DNA of 64,000 nt from Camelus dromedarius (taxonomy: Eukaryota): assembly GCF_036321535.1 (NCBI RefSeq), contig NC_087438.1:5024001-5088000 (forward strand), in the 5' to 3' direction. Positions 63,001 through 64,000 of the stretch are shown in pieces. How positions within the stretch are numbered: the stretch's first letter is position 1; the number at the start of each line of letters is the position of its first letter. A program made the position numbers and the translations under genes. The notes under the pieces are model-generated. The model searched no databases, was not told where the DNA came from, and worked only from the letters and a program-made list of their open reading frames with translations.

Positions 63001-63614
63001 TGTTTTATTTTTCTGCCTGCTACTAATTACTTCCTGGAAACACCCTGCAGACTTTGCCATCGTGGCCTGTCTTCCGCCCCCTAGTGTAAGCCCTTTGAGT
63101 GCTGAGGCCAGGTCACAGCAGGCTTGCCACTTCCTTTGTTATTTTGAACTTTCTCTCTGGGAGCTATCCACTGCTGTGTAGACCATCCGACTCTCCTGCC
63201 GAGCCCCTCCCTCCTGCCATCCCTGAGAGGGGTCAGAAGCTGTCCTGGACCCTCCAGAACAGCCCAACCTCCATCTGAGTGTCATCACCTCCCCTCCAGC
63301 GGTGTCCTGTGGAGCAAAGGAACCTCCCAGTCTGTCCCTGCCCAGATTCATTACCCACAAAACTGAGATAAAACAGGCCACTCATGTCTGCAAGGCAGGG
63401 CTGGTTTGTTAAGCAGCCGTGGATAAGCGGAACGGAGGTCCGTTCCCTTCCGCAGGGCGAGGGTTGGAGTTGGGGTGAGGTGCCGTGCGCCCTACCTGAG
63501 GTGCCGTCGCTGATTTTATGCTGGACGTGGCTGAGTCACGGTGACCACGTCCAAAGGAAGCAGGAGGCTGTGAAGAGGAGGGGCTGGGTACAAGGAAGGG
63601 ATGGATTATTGAAT

Positions 63615-63915
63615 TAACAACACCAGTTAGATCTAGAATCCGGGATCTCCCTTTGGACATCTAAGAAATATCCCCCAATTGAATCTCTAATCTTTCTTCC
63701 AAAAGGCACCTTCCTTCATAGAATCTTCATCTCACATACTGCCGGCCCTCTGTCTCCAGTCGCGCAGGTGAGGCCCGTGGGCGGCCTTCCTGCGGGTCTT
63801 TGCTCTCACACCCTGCACAGATGTTTCTTCAAGTAAGCAGGCTCCATGTTAAAGTGTATTCAGAATCCAACTACTTTGTGAGTCAAAGTCACCTTGTCCA
63901 GGCCATCAGCTTTAC
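63615..63915 (+). mobile_element. L2 fragment
   Basis: atctccctttggacatctaag...tcttcatctca...cagaatccaactactt. Confidence 0.5.
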
Positions 63916-64000
63916 TTTCTCCTGTCCCCAAAGTCCTCCCGCGGGCATCCCTGAAGTGGCAGTGCATCCTTGTCTAACAGTCAGTGGTGCATGGGCACCA

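Larger units (their letters stand above)
30521..64000 (+). other. ADCY2: ADCY2 intron 2 (partial, runs off the window)
   Basis: Donor at 30521. The expected next peptide (VSFFLFIIFVVYTMLP..., from recall) is not seen in the ORF track. Confidence 0.85.

Noticed and set aside
1..64000. CRISPR arrays, operons, rRNA or other prokaryote-type systems
   Set aside because: The window is clearly mammalian intron-rich DNA, with no regularly spaced repeat-spacer array or dense coding.

Overview
Mammalian genomic DNA carrying the 5' end of ADCY2 (adenylate cyclase 2) on the + strand. It contains a CpG-island promoter (~8.1-11.0 kb), coding exon 1 (10389-10619), a 19.7-kb intron 1, coding exon 2 (30323-30520) and the first ~33 kb of intron 2; exon 3 is not in the window. 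The rest is mostly decayed transposable elements: L1 of several ages, L2, MIR, MaLR/MLT1 and other LTRs, and hAT and Tigger DNA transposons. Two tRNA-Ala-derived SINEs, with no Alu, B1, Bov-tA/BovB or PRE-1 seen, suggest a camelid (inference). Almost all ORFs in the track are spurious or TE-derived. I found no convincing new multi-gene system. The best leads are a twin-primed (5'-inverted) L1, a 135-nt AG-free zone before exon 2, inverted L1s bracketing exon 2, a nested MaLR provirus relic, a local duplication with an identical core, and ADCY2 N-terminal differences. Repeat family names and ortholog comparisons come from my recall of consensus sequences, not from a search; boundaries of old repeats are approximate.
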